A DNA stretch of 64,000 bases from NCBI GenBank assembly GCA_001655205.1, contig LPNZ01003549.1:1-64000 (forward strand). The letters are read 5' to 3'. The first letter of the stretch is position 1. Every line of letters starts with the position of its first letter. Below, piece by piece: positions 23,238 to 34,920 of this stretch. The position numbers and the translations under genes are program-made. Source of the DNA: Lenisia limosa. Lineage: Eukaryota > Protista > Breviatea. Below the pieces are notes generated by a model that saw only the letters and a program-made list of their open reading frames with translations, was not told where the DNA came from and did not search any database.

Positions 23238-26200
23238 CTAGACTCTCAGTTTTTTCCTTGAGGTTGAGGGAGCATTTGAAGACTTGGACCAGTTTTGGAC
23301 CAGGAAGTCAGGAGGGTGTATGACTGCTGATTTGGGCAGCATTGATTTCAAGCTGGTCATTTCCTAGAGTATGTAAGTCAAATAAAACAAACCGGCTGGT
23401 TAGGGTCATCGGTGATACAGATAGACACATCGCTTATTGGGAAGTTCACGACGGTACATCCCATTGCAGAAAGCATTCTTGTGGCTTTCTGGGGGGTGAG
23501 TCTTCCATATGGCAGACCTGTTTAGCATCTAAGTCTTGCATGACAACAATCGCAACTTCACCCTGGAGTTGAGGGCTTTCCTGGTACTCAACTAAAGTGT
23601 CATAACAAAGTAACTTACCATGATTAAAGCTATTCAACTGCGGTACCTTCACAGGTTCTACTGGATGAGTTCATTAAAACCTATCAAATCCAAAAGGAGT
23701 TTGCCCTCTAACTTGGTAATGGAGCTGGGGTTGCTTTTGTTTCCAAATCACTGTCACTCTCCGTTTCAGCTTCTTCTGCTGGGTTAACCGAAGAAAAACA
23801 AGAGAAAGAAACCTGGAGCGGGTCGTTTGAGTCTTTGAGTTGGTGCGACTGGTTCTTTGTCAGACACTTCCGTCAGATCTTTCTCCGTTTCCTGCACCAT
23901 TAGCACTACAAAAGATCAACTACCTCAGGTTCCGAAATCGCGTTGATAGACAAGTCCTGTGCAGTAAGGCTAGACACAAAATAACAAACCTCCTCCGATT
24001 CTGATTCGTTTTCCAAAATGGCGAAAGTGGCAAGGTTAGATGATACCGCCGCCGCCCTCGTTGGCCTGTTCCTTCTTGGTGGAAGCGGAGTGTTGTTTTC
24101 TGATGCCTGCTCTATGAGTATGCTGTCAGCCAACAAACCTCATCCGATTCAGTCTCATTTTGTTCATCCAAGTCTTCACTGTCCGACTCAAAGAAGCTTT
24201 TCTTGGGGGCAGAAGGAGGGGCTGGGGTGTCTGAAGATATTATCGCCTTTACAAAGAGTTTACAAACTTGTTTGAGGTTCATCATCACTTTCGGACTCGA
24301 AAAACGTTTTTGGTGCTCGCTTTGGTGATATAGAGAAGCCAACTACACCTTGATAATAAAAACTAGCCTACCATCTTCATCTTCGCTTTCTGATTCAAAG
24401 AAGTTCTTTTTTACCGGTACCAAGGCTGAACAATCAAATGAACACGTTCTTACCTGGGGTAGGAGCGGCGTCATCAGAGTCACTAGCTGTGCTCTCATCA
24501 TCTTCGTTATCCAAAACGACAGTCGAAGGAGCTGAAGAGTTAGTGTCAAAACAAGCTGTCTTTGCAATGGCCCTTCTTTACCTTGTCGCGGGTGAGTAAC
24601 AACACTTGGTTCTAAACAGTCAGCTCATGATGTGACAAAGCTCCCTCACTTTTGTTGTGTCTGAAGTAGTACACGGTGACATTGACATTTTTCTGGACGA
24701 GACGCGACCGAATTAACCGTTCAGTGGAATACCAATTGAACCCTAGACAATAACTAAAATTCAGAGTCAAACCTGGCATTTTATCTCCAATTCTTGGCAT
24801 ATGGACTGAGAGATTTTTGGTTTTAGCTGCCTTTGACAGTCTAGCAAGAGCCTCACCAAGCAAACTCGGGTCAATAACCTGAATTGTGAGTTCCATCCCA
24901 GTCCAATAGCAAACAGAACCAGCGCCCTTCCTACGGTGCGTTTCCGGTGGGCTGCAAGAAGAGCCACGTGGATTTGTGAGTTCTGCGAACAATAACCAAT
25001 TGCAGAAACCGACTTTGGTTGGGAGAAGCAAACAGAATCCAGGTTTCAAATCCTTCATTTTGTGGGCCTTTTCATATCCTTCAACAACTTCAGGCCTATA
25101 CCATCAGCGCAGCAGATTTGAATTACCATTTGTTCTTGATTACAGAGAAGATGCCACCGCGTCCCCAATCTCCGGAAGCATCCACAGTATGACAGACAAC
25201 TGCAGGAAGGCGCACTGGTTGCGAAACATCACCGATAGTAAAGTTGAGGCAGGTTGGGTTTTGTGCTACATATGTAACTCATATAAGTTTAATCACAAGC
25301 ATACGTATGACATCAGCGCCTTCTTCATCACTTGACCCAGCTGTTTCTTCATCAGATTCTCCAGCGGTCTTATCGGACTCTGATACATCACTCTCCAAGC
25401 TAAACGTCAGTCTACATCACCCAGGCCTACTCAAGGGCAACACTTTTATATCCTTCCTTCTGCCATTTGAGTTTAAGTCTCTGAAGAGTTAGTGTGATGA
25501 GGAAACGCCAAACCTCTTCTGCTGTAATTTTTGGCTTTGCAGGAGCCTTCTTCCGGGGTTTTGCAGCCAAAGCACCAGCCTACAAGTCAGAACCGAAGTA
25601 AACTAACCAGTTGGTTGGTATTTGTAGATGTGGTGGTCTTCCGCTTCGGCACTATATAATGAGGCACGCAAAAAGCATTACACTATAATCCAATATCTCT
25701 TATTAGCGTGATGGTGTGGACGGCTTCAGCCAGATACAACCTTATTTTTTATTTCTCATTGCTATACATATATCATATATCGTATATAATATATATAACA
25801 TCGATGCTAATTAATAAATAACAAACACAGGTCTGGAACTTTGGCAATAGCAGCTGCCTGCATTTCGGCCATGATTTTGTCATCAGCATCCTTGCTCTGA
25901 ACAGTAAGATATCATCATTGAGGCAGTACCTTTACTTGAGACACGCCGTCAAAGTGATAAAGATTGGATCTAGCTGTCAAATATGCGTCCACCTGAACAT
26001 TAAACATAATAATACATTCCAAATATCACACACCTTGTCTGTGTTTTGGTTCTTGAGTTCTTCATCAGAAATTTTATTCTTCTACAGATATGAGAGAACA
26101 AAAAGACAACTTTACAATATCAACAACAACAAACTTTGAGCATTGAAAGAATATCTCTGTCTTTGGGGAAGTCAGAATCCTGATCAGATACAAGGGAACT

Positions 26201-28987
26201 GAAATATTTAGGAGGCAAGCCATCAAAATGTCAGGGAAATGTGCACAAAGAATCCAGTGTCTAAGGTCCAAAAGAGAACACACCTGAGACCAAACTTGAG
26301 AGCGCTACGGACTTCGTCTGATGTCGAAGCTACATAGGTAACACAATAGATCTTGTCACCACTTTTCAGGGTATCGGTTGCTGCAGTTCCATCCAGGACC
26401 GCATTGCTAAGGGCCATTTTAGCCATAGCTCTTCTCAAGATCACCTTGAAAGTGAAGAGAGATCAAGAAGCCTGGTGTGGCTGTTGCCTCACCTCGTCAA
26501 TCGTATCACGTGAAATCAGGCGGATAACGGTGACGTCTTTAGTTTGGCCCAACCTGTATGCACGGTCTTCGGCCTGCAAGTCTGCGGTTGGGTTCCAATC
26601 CAGATCAGTGAAGATCACAGTGTCTGCAGCGACAAGATTGAGCCCTAAACCTCCTGCACGCGTTGACAAAAGGAACACAAATGAATCCTTGTCGTTTTGA
26701 AATGTTGTAACAGCAGCATTTCGTTCCTAGAAGTCAATGAGTGAGGTTCCAACTTCGCTTCGAGCTGATCCATCAAGTCGCTCATAGGGATAATCTCTCA
26801 AATGGCAATAGTCCTGTATGTAAGATGGTGACTAGAATGTTCACCTGAAGAATATCAATGAAGGACGTCATTTGTGAAAAGACAAGAGCCTTGCGCCCGT
26901 TCTTCTTGAGATCTTTCAGGATCACATCAAGAGCCTTGAGTTTGGCAGAAGCTTCAACTAAGTGCTCTCCTTGTAAATGAGAAAAATAGTACAACAACCC
27001 AAACCTTCAACAAACGGCTCAGGCTCTACTCCGTCGAAAAGATAAGGATGACACGACGCCTGAATGTGACTTACAAGAACAAAAGGAGTGGGATACCTTT
27101 CTGAGTTGGGCAACCACATTCAGTAACCTTGACGTTGCCATTCCCTCAATTTTGCCTGCATCTAAAGAGTGAGATGACACTAAATCCCACCCTTTGTGAG
27201 AACCGCTTTGTAGACATTTTTTTGGATAGTTGTCAGTGGCACTGGGACAACAACTCTATTTTTAGAAGGCAAATCCAGAACAACATCCTATAAATAAGAG
27301 ACACGAATAGCTCAACCTTTAGACGACGCAGGAAGATAGGTTTCATGACTTCTTTGAGCTGGTTTAGCACTTCTCCTGTTGGCTTTCCATCCTAGTGTAT
27401 TATATGAATAGATTTTCTAATAAAAATCAGAGTTCCTCTTCCAAGAATCCAAATACTTTTGCTGGGAATGTTTGGTGGAACTGTTCAGCGGATGTAAAGA
27501 TCTGAAAAGTTAACTATTGTCACAGAATACCCCAGAAATTCATATTTCTCTTGAGAAAATTAACACGGATATCAGAGCATAAACTTACGGTAACGTCATC
27601 TTAATACTACTTTTTCACCTTGAAGTTTTGGTCAACTTATATGATATGATATGGCTTTTCTCAACCACCCTAAAAACCTATTTAACTGTATTGACGAAAT
27701 CTCTGATTGTAGTGGTTACAAGGTTTTAATAGCTGTAGAGCCACGGTTGGTTTATATTGGGTACATTTAAAGATTTTCTCAAGCTTAAACGTAAAAAATG
27801 GTATTCTACAGCCGAGAGAGATCACCCTCTTGCTCTACTCTTTCTTTACTTCTTCTCCTTGGTTGTGCTTCTGTGTTTAGACGAGTTATTATAAATGAGC
27901 AGAGCGTAGACTTATCTATGATGATTTTGCTGATTTTATATGGAAAAGAAAGGCACAGACTGGCTGGGAATCCGAGCCAAGTTTCTGGTTATTTTTTTGG
28001 TAATTTTTATTGTGGTAAAAAGGAATGGTACACTCAATGCCCAATGCCACCTTGCCCATCTAACCTTTGGGAGACATAGATGAAGCAGGCTATATAGCTC
28101 TTGTAGATTGTTTTGAATAGGCGACCCAGTCAACATGACCATGTTCAGTAGCTTGTACTCAGACTCAAGAGCCTTGTAGAGGATAGCATCAGTGGATTTG
28201 AATCGATGTGCTTCATCAAGACAGGTGTACCTGCTTGTGTTATTGAAAAACTCAAATAGTTAACATCCAAATCCCGCATACACCCATTTGTATTTTGTGA
28301 AGAAAACTTTGTCTCTTAGGGCAAGGTCAAAGGAAGTAAGGACAATGTGGGGGTTCTGAGTGGTCTTAAACGATGCTCTGAACTTGTGGCGAATCTGCAT
28401 GTCAGACAACTTCACTCCCTACTTCTCTTCGACTATCCTGGTCGCCAACATAACTGAAAACAATTGAGTTTGGAAGGGCCTTTTTAATTTCTGCCTCCCA
28501 GTTCCCAACCGTTGATAACGGAGCAATCACAACTGAAAGGTTACATAACCCTGACCTTACGATAAGGGCCTTTTGACTGTTGTGCGAGGTGGCCGATCAT
28601 AGCAATTGCTTGTAGAGTCTTACCGAGTCCCTAGATGTTACAACTCAAGTAATTCTTACCATGTCATCCCCAAGAATTCCAGATAAACCATTGTCATAGA
28701 GATTGACAAGCCTGGCCAATGATTAATATTCTATCACTTTGAAAATAGTGAAAATGAAAATCCAAATATCCGGAATCCCCCTGACCAATTTAAACCTTCA
28801 AGTTGATAATCTCTGAGTTTGAAGTGTGAAAGAAACGCAGGAGAAGTTTGGTATCTTAAATCATTAACACAGTATACTCCTTTGAGTCATCATATTTAGG
28901 AATCCATCAATTTGAACACCTCCCCATCCTCTCTTACTTTGCTTTGCTAGAACTTGGAAGCAAATTCAGGTAATCTTTATAATTCAT
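23238..28987 (-). CDS. CHD1L: SNF2 helicase with C-terminal macro domain (ALC1/CHD1L), followed by an acidic linker and a BRCT-like domain
   Basis: [69 protein letters not shown] (ALC1-typical), [21 protein letters not shown], macro-domain VHMPRIG...[11 protein letters not shown]...VYYFR; ends RKKLRV*. Confidence 0.92.
25682..25765 (+). mobile_element. Dispersed short repeat, family R1, in a CHD1L intron (antisense to host)
   Basis: Close match to the reverse complement of 33172-33251. Confidence 0.8.
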
Positions 28988-29525
28988 CTTAGGTAGATGA
29001 GACAACTACTAATTGTCTCTCACTTTTACCTTTTTTCTTTTTTTTTTTTTTTACTTAATGAGATCCACTCACTCACTCACTTCTTGCTGCACTTCCCACG
29101 CACTTCCCCAGCAGAAAAGAAAAGGCAAAGGGAACAAAAGGGGGAAAGGGGGGCAAAAAGGGCAAAAATGACTCAACTCCAGATCACCAGATCAAAACAG
29201 ATTTGTGTTGTTGGTTGCGCTGGTTGCGCTAGCTTTCTACTATTATGGTGATGAGAAGAGGAGGAACTGAAACGGAAGGAAGAAAAAGCAGTACGGAGTC
29301 TAAGCAAAGCCCGTGAGGCAATGAAGCATCTTGTTGTTTTTTTGTTGTGTGGTATTTTTATGTTGTATAACCGAGGAGGGCTGTGTGAGGATTCTTATGG
29401 GACTCCCCAGTGCAATATCGGAGACTTTCTGTTTCTAGGGTGAATATACCCCCAGATTATTGATGCATTAAAGTTCACAGTTCATAGCCAGGCGTAGCTC
29501 GCTCTCTCACAAGTGATTCTTTGGC

Positions 29526-31553
29526 ATGTCACTCTCACAACGTTCTTCAGTTATCAAGGAGGGAGATTTGGTGATTTTGTATCTTTCTTACGGGAGCATC
29601 ACCTTCGCCTACATGGACCCTGAAAAGGTGGAATTAGGGACCTCTTTTAGATGAAGTTAACAATTATTTAACTACACAGGTTGTTAATAATACTCATGGT
29701 TGTTTCAAACATGAGAGTATCATTGGACAACACTTTGGCACCAAGGTGAGCTCCACAACCGCATGAATGCATGACTAGCCATGAGTTGATGCAATAGATA
29801 CGCTCCTCATCAGCACCCTTCGGATGGATGACACTTCTCCACCCTACGCCTGATCTTTGGACTAACGTTTTGAGCATGCGGACTCAGATTCTCTACCTTG
29901 CCGACATTTCAATGATTTCTGTTGTTCTTGGCCTTCGTGCTGGAGAGACCGTTTTTGAGTCCGGTAGGTCTGAGGCCCGTTTTTGAGCTGCATGTAGAAT
30001 AAGACAACTTTCATGTTGAAATCTTTCCATTCTTTTCGTGTACATTGGCTTAAACTCGCAGGTACTGGTACTGGGTCATTGACGACGTCTCTTGCACGGA
30101 CCGTGGGGGCCACTGGCAAGGTCTACACCTTCGAGTTCCATCCCGAGAGAGCACGCCTTGCAAAGTTGGCTCTTCGCCGCATCTTCTTATGGCTCTAGGA
30201 TTGCGTTCAAAGACAATGGACTTGACATGGTTGTTGGAAGTCACTGTGATGTCCTTGGTGGGTGATGGGGCATGTAATGGGGGTAATTGTTTAGGTATGC
30301 TGGGAAGGCACGCAGAAAGCTGTGTGCACAGATTTATAAGGCGAATGATGGGGTGAATCAGTATCATACATGTGTACTATAATCCAATATAAGAATGATG
30401 TTGTGGATGGCTTCGGCAGATACCACCTCTACATAGATTAGATCAAATGTTTTGGATTTGTTCAAACACATTTTATGCGATATGGTATGTAGCTATTGAG
30501 CAAGTTCAAGTATTTTTAAATAGGACATATAAAAAAGTAAGAAAAAGGCAATAAAAAACAGTAGTTCACGTTCTTAGGAAACGGGTTCCAGATTGAGGGA
30601 ACAGAATCATCGGCAATCAACATGGCTGATGCTTTGTTCTTGGATCTCCCATCACCACAAGTAAGGCAATGTGGTCTTTAGTATATGATGGCATCTTAGG
30701 ACGCTCTTGTTGCGGCAACTGGCGCGTTGAAGGACCTTGGAAGGCTGTGTTCGTTTTCACCTTGTATTGAGCAGGTGCGTTTGTTCTCTGTATGCTTTTT
30801 TATGTTTTAGGTTCAAAAGATGTCAGATGAGATGAGAGCAAAGGGATATATCAGTAGGCAATGGGTTCAGAAAGAATGTGGGAGATTCTGCTAACTTTTT
30901 CAAACAATCTTCCTTTTTTTTCTCATTAGTTTTCCTTGATACTGCATGTGAGATAGCTTTTTGCACGGAGTTATGTTGCAAATTATGAGCTTGATGATAA
31001 GAATGTTTCAGTCAGATAATTCCTTTCATTAAGAATGGCTTCAGCAGATAAGTCCTTTTATTATTATTATTTCTCATTTCTACATGTACTATGTATGATG
31101 TGCCGCTCCCTCTCCCCTCCCTTACCTTTTTTATTAGAACTTAAAAGGAAACCTTTTTGCGTCTTTAGAACAAAATAAGAAGTCTCTTTTAAATATATTA
31201 CCACAATAAAAAGACCTTTGTTTAAACAATCTGACCCTCACCCCTTCCCCACAGATGTGCGAACAGTGGAAACTCTTCTGAGAGCCCACGAGACAAGAAA
31301 TGAGAGTCTCCAAATTCCAGCTGAATTCAAAGCGGCTCCTCCCCAGGTTTGTGCTTTTCTTAATCCCCAGGTTCGTCCTTTTCCTATCTCTTTCTACAAC
31401 GCCAATTCATATACATAGGATCCTGAAGCGGTATCAAAGAAGGTTATGTTGGCAACTAATGAGCATATCACTTCGCATCCCTCAACATTTGCCAGGGGGC
31501 ACACGGGGTACCTCACTTTTGGAACTCGTCAGCTTAGATGTTTCGATAAATAG
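29526..31553 (+). CDS. TRMT61A: tRNA (adenine58-N1)-methyltransferase catalytic subunit (Gcd14/Trm61)
   Basis: IKEGDLVILY, HPTPDLWTNVLSMRTQILY, ES|GTGTGSLTTSLARTVGATGKVYTFEFH, LFLDLPSP, CSFSPCIEQ, VRTVETLLR, RGHTGYLTF; TAG 31551-31553. Confidence 0.95.
30376..30426 (+). mobile_element. Family R1 partial copy in a TRMT61A intron (sense)
   Basis: actataatccaatat..gatgttgtggatggcttcggcagatac. Confidence 0.65.
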
Positions 31554-31653
31554 ATTTTCAGTGCTCGTACGTGTTTCTTGAACTGTTTGGAATGTACTTG
31601 TACAGATGTTATATAGTATGATATATTATTAAAATAAAAATGGAACAAAAAAT

Positions 31654-34274
31654 TTAAAATTTACGTTTATACGGTGCAATTCGCACGAGTTTAAAACCTC
31701 CAATGGAGTATCCAACCTAAGTGTTAGCCACAAAACTGGGAAAAGGAATCTTACTTGCATATTTTCGGTTTCCTTCAAAATAGCCTTGACTTCGCATTTA
31801 GTCTTCACTAAAAACTACATGGTTCAGATCCAATTAATATCATATACTATCCATATGTTAACCCACTAGTGATATGATCATATGACCGACTTTCGAGTCG
31901 AATGATGAACGAAGATAACACAAGGGTTCATCCCGAGTGTATCAGAGTATCATTGATACTTGTCGGTCAATTATCATACGAGTGGATATAAGGTATCATA
32001 TCACTGCGTAGAAAATGATAGTTCACATGTGTGAAATTGATCCAAAAAGTGACATGAAAATCCTATTTCATATCATATACTATATGATATGTATTCTATA
32101 TTACTATAGTGCCATCTCACTAACCAACCTTAAACGTAACTTTCTGCATTGTAGCGGTCAAGTTGCTGAGAACATTTGCATCAAGACTTGCTTCGATTGT
32201 TCGAACGTTGTCATCATCGTCTTTAGCTCTGAAGATTAGTTCCAAAAGCAGGCGGCTTACTCAAGTTTGAGTTTGATTGGTACCTGGCGGTAACTAGTTG
32301 CTTTAACAGAGATATAGATACTCAAGGAATATACACCAGGCACAGCATCCCATGTTGAGTCATTTTGGTTACGAACACTAAATGTTATTACAGAGACAGG
32401 CCAACTTGAACCACCAGAGGCCCGTATCCAAATGCAAAAGACTGCCAAATGTTGAATAATGTTTGCTCTCTATAATAATTAAAGCCCTTCAAAAACACTT
32501 TGCCTAAAGTTGATTAACAATAAGATACACTAGAAAACGATCCCTCAATAAAATCCAAAGAATAATATTTGATAGTATTATATCATATTATTTGTACACT
32601 TTGATATAATGAATCCAACTTCAGCTTACTTTTTAAGCGCCAGTATTCATTAATCCAAGAAGCATGAAGACTCTCAGCTGGACGTGCCCCTTCCATGTAC
32701 ACTACACTTGCCTTGTCGCTGTCTGAACATGAAAATTGCGACAAACAAACAGCTGCGAAGACGAGTCATATCCACCAATTGATTGTAGGATGTTTTATCA
32801 AGATTATTTTCAACTTGGTCTCTTCTCCTTTGCCACATAACTTCATTCTTTCCAACTGGAATGTCATCCAAGAGGAATCTTACATTCTCGATACCACGCC
32901 TTCGACACTCTCGACAGTTTGAGGAGAACAGTGGTAGGCAGGCAATTTATGACTGCTTCAAGAGAGTTGCTGTCCAAGCCAAGAACATCCCCTTCCTGAA
33001 AAGGTGGTGGTAAGGAAACTGGGCACAATAAGTTGAGCTGAAAAATAATAAATAATTTGATATGATACCTACATCTCGATATACATAGCAGTACATAGTA
33101 TGACATGTATTATATCATATAGTATGATATATCGATATATACTAACACTACATATATTATAGTATTAAATATAGAAATGAGAAATAAAATAAGGCTGTAT
33201 CTGGCCGAAGCCGTCCACATCATCACGCCTATAAGAGATATTGGTTATAGTATACATTTGCCTTATAACTTCATGAATAAGGACAAAAGCCCTGTACAAT
33301 AACCCAGGTAGGTAATCGTATTTGCAAAAGGCCTCACATGCCTACCACTGCTGGAGAGAGCGATATACAAATGGGAGGTTGATTGGTCAAAACAGGTTGA
33401 GAGACAGTTGGATCTTGGAGATCAGAACAATCGCGTTGCACTTACATGAAGCTCTGTGGTTTGCCTCAGAAGGAAAGTCGATTAAATTGTTTATTTCGAA
33501 TAGAAGTTTGTATGTACTGTTATCCGGGAGAAGAAACAGCGGATGGGTTTCCTACAGAATCAGCATATCTATCTGCTTGGGTCTGGGAGCTGTACTCGAG
33601 GAAGAGTATACTCCTACAAGAGAGCTTGAAATAACATTTTGCTCACAATTTTGTTGGTGGAGGTACATTGAATCCCAACTGCCTTGCTGTCAAGAAGTTC
33701 ACTAGAGCCAGTTAGCTGGTGACCAGAAAGATAACAACGCACATTACTTCCTCAAGAGTAGACTTCCTGGGGACTTGTGTTACGCTATGTGGCCCGCCGT
33801 AAATCAAAGGGCACCGTGGCGCTACAGTGTCACTGACAATTCGGAAACACCTCATAATCTGCCACTCACCTGGCCCTACATCACTATCGTCATCCGAACC
33901 CGGCTCAACAACCCCACTCAAAATGGTCCATAAAGATCCATTCGGAAGGACAAAGTCCGAGTTGGTCACCTAAGAGTCAAAATATGAAACGTGAACCCAC
34001 AATTTCCCCAGTTCGGCTGTTCATAATACCGAGCGCATCCGGATTAAATCTGTTCCTACACATGTCATTCTTCAATAATTGATATGAAGACAGTTGGCCC
34101 AACAAACAAGACATTCAAAAGAGTCGACCCAGTGTCAACAGCAACATTGACATGGCCTTGAGTGACAAGAGGCGCCCTTCCTGTGACATTAATACAAGGT
34201 CCCATTAAGCTTACTGCTGGGTGGAAGCAAAACATATCCTCCTGGCTGGGCGGGAGGTCCGTTAGGCTCATCAT
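31654..34274 (-). CDS. Hypothetical protein with an internal F-box-like segment, multi-exon
   Basis: Chain of spliceable exons from ATG 34274; LEAVINCLPTTVLLKLSRVSKAWY resembles the F-box C-terminal half; last exons FLVKTKCEVKAILKETENMQ|VGYSIGGFKLVRIAPYKRKF*. Confidence 0.6.
31854..32059. mobile_element. Dispersed structured repeat, family R2, copy 2, inside an intron of the F-box-like gene
   Basis: Homologous to 2647-2855; lies between a GTTGGT donor (~32128) and an acceptor (~31818) on the minus strand. Confidence 0.75.
33172..33251 (-). mobile_element. Family R1 copy in an intron of the F-box-like gene (sense)
   Basis: Reverse complement: actataaccaatatctcttataggcgtgatgatgtggacggcttcggccagatacagccttattttatttctcatttc. 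Confidence 0.8.
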
Positions 34275-34920
34275 GTTTATTGGGGGGAAGGAGCATCTGT
34301 TCTCAGGGAGGTTCAGGATGTAACGTGTAAAGGTGGTTTTGTGTCACTACTTCTTTCCCTTCTTCTTTCTGTGTTTTTTTTTCTCTGTGGTGACAGTGTG
34401 TGTGTGTGCAGTGTGTGGTGCGATTTATTGTTTTGTTGTTTGATTTGTTGTTTTCGTCCATTTTCGCGTTTCATAGCACACGGTGCGGCTCTGAGGGCCC
34501 GTCACCGCTCCGCTCAAACGACATGATGAATGACATACACACATAAACTTCTACCAACAACAACACATGTACACGTTTAAATAATAAAAATACACAAATA
34601 CAGCCCACAACACCATAACAAAGCAAAGTCAAACGCCGCTCTCTCTTCTCTATTTCAAACCTTCCTTATTGGGAAAGCGTCAAACCTTGCTTTTCCATGA
34701 TAACCGCCATGATAAACCCGTAATTATAGATTACTGTCATAATTTCTTTGTTTTGGGTAATTGTAGAGGTCCTCCTAGTTTCCTCTGTTTCCAATCTGTT
34801 TCTGCTTGTATCATTTACTTTGAAATTTGAACTCTCTGCTAGTACTTAATTATTGAATTTCGCCATATTATTCTATTGAACCAATTGGAATTGCTCCCAA
34901 CCAAGCGCAACAGGTCAAAG

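Noticed and set aside
25682-25765. R1 as a box C/D snoRNA (TGATGA-like box)
   Set aside because: No box D CTGA at a compatible position, and copies occur antisense to their host introns
31895-31945. Hammerhead ribozyme core in R2 (ATGATGA..CGAA) and at 57730-57770 (CTGATTGA..CGAAAC)
   Set aside because: Core bases deviate from CUGANGA/GAAA, and stems I/III with a UH cleavage triplet cannot be formed; the motif is not kept in R2 copy 1
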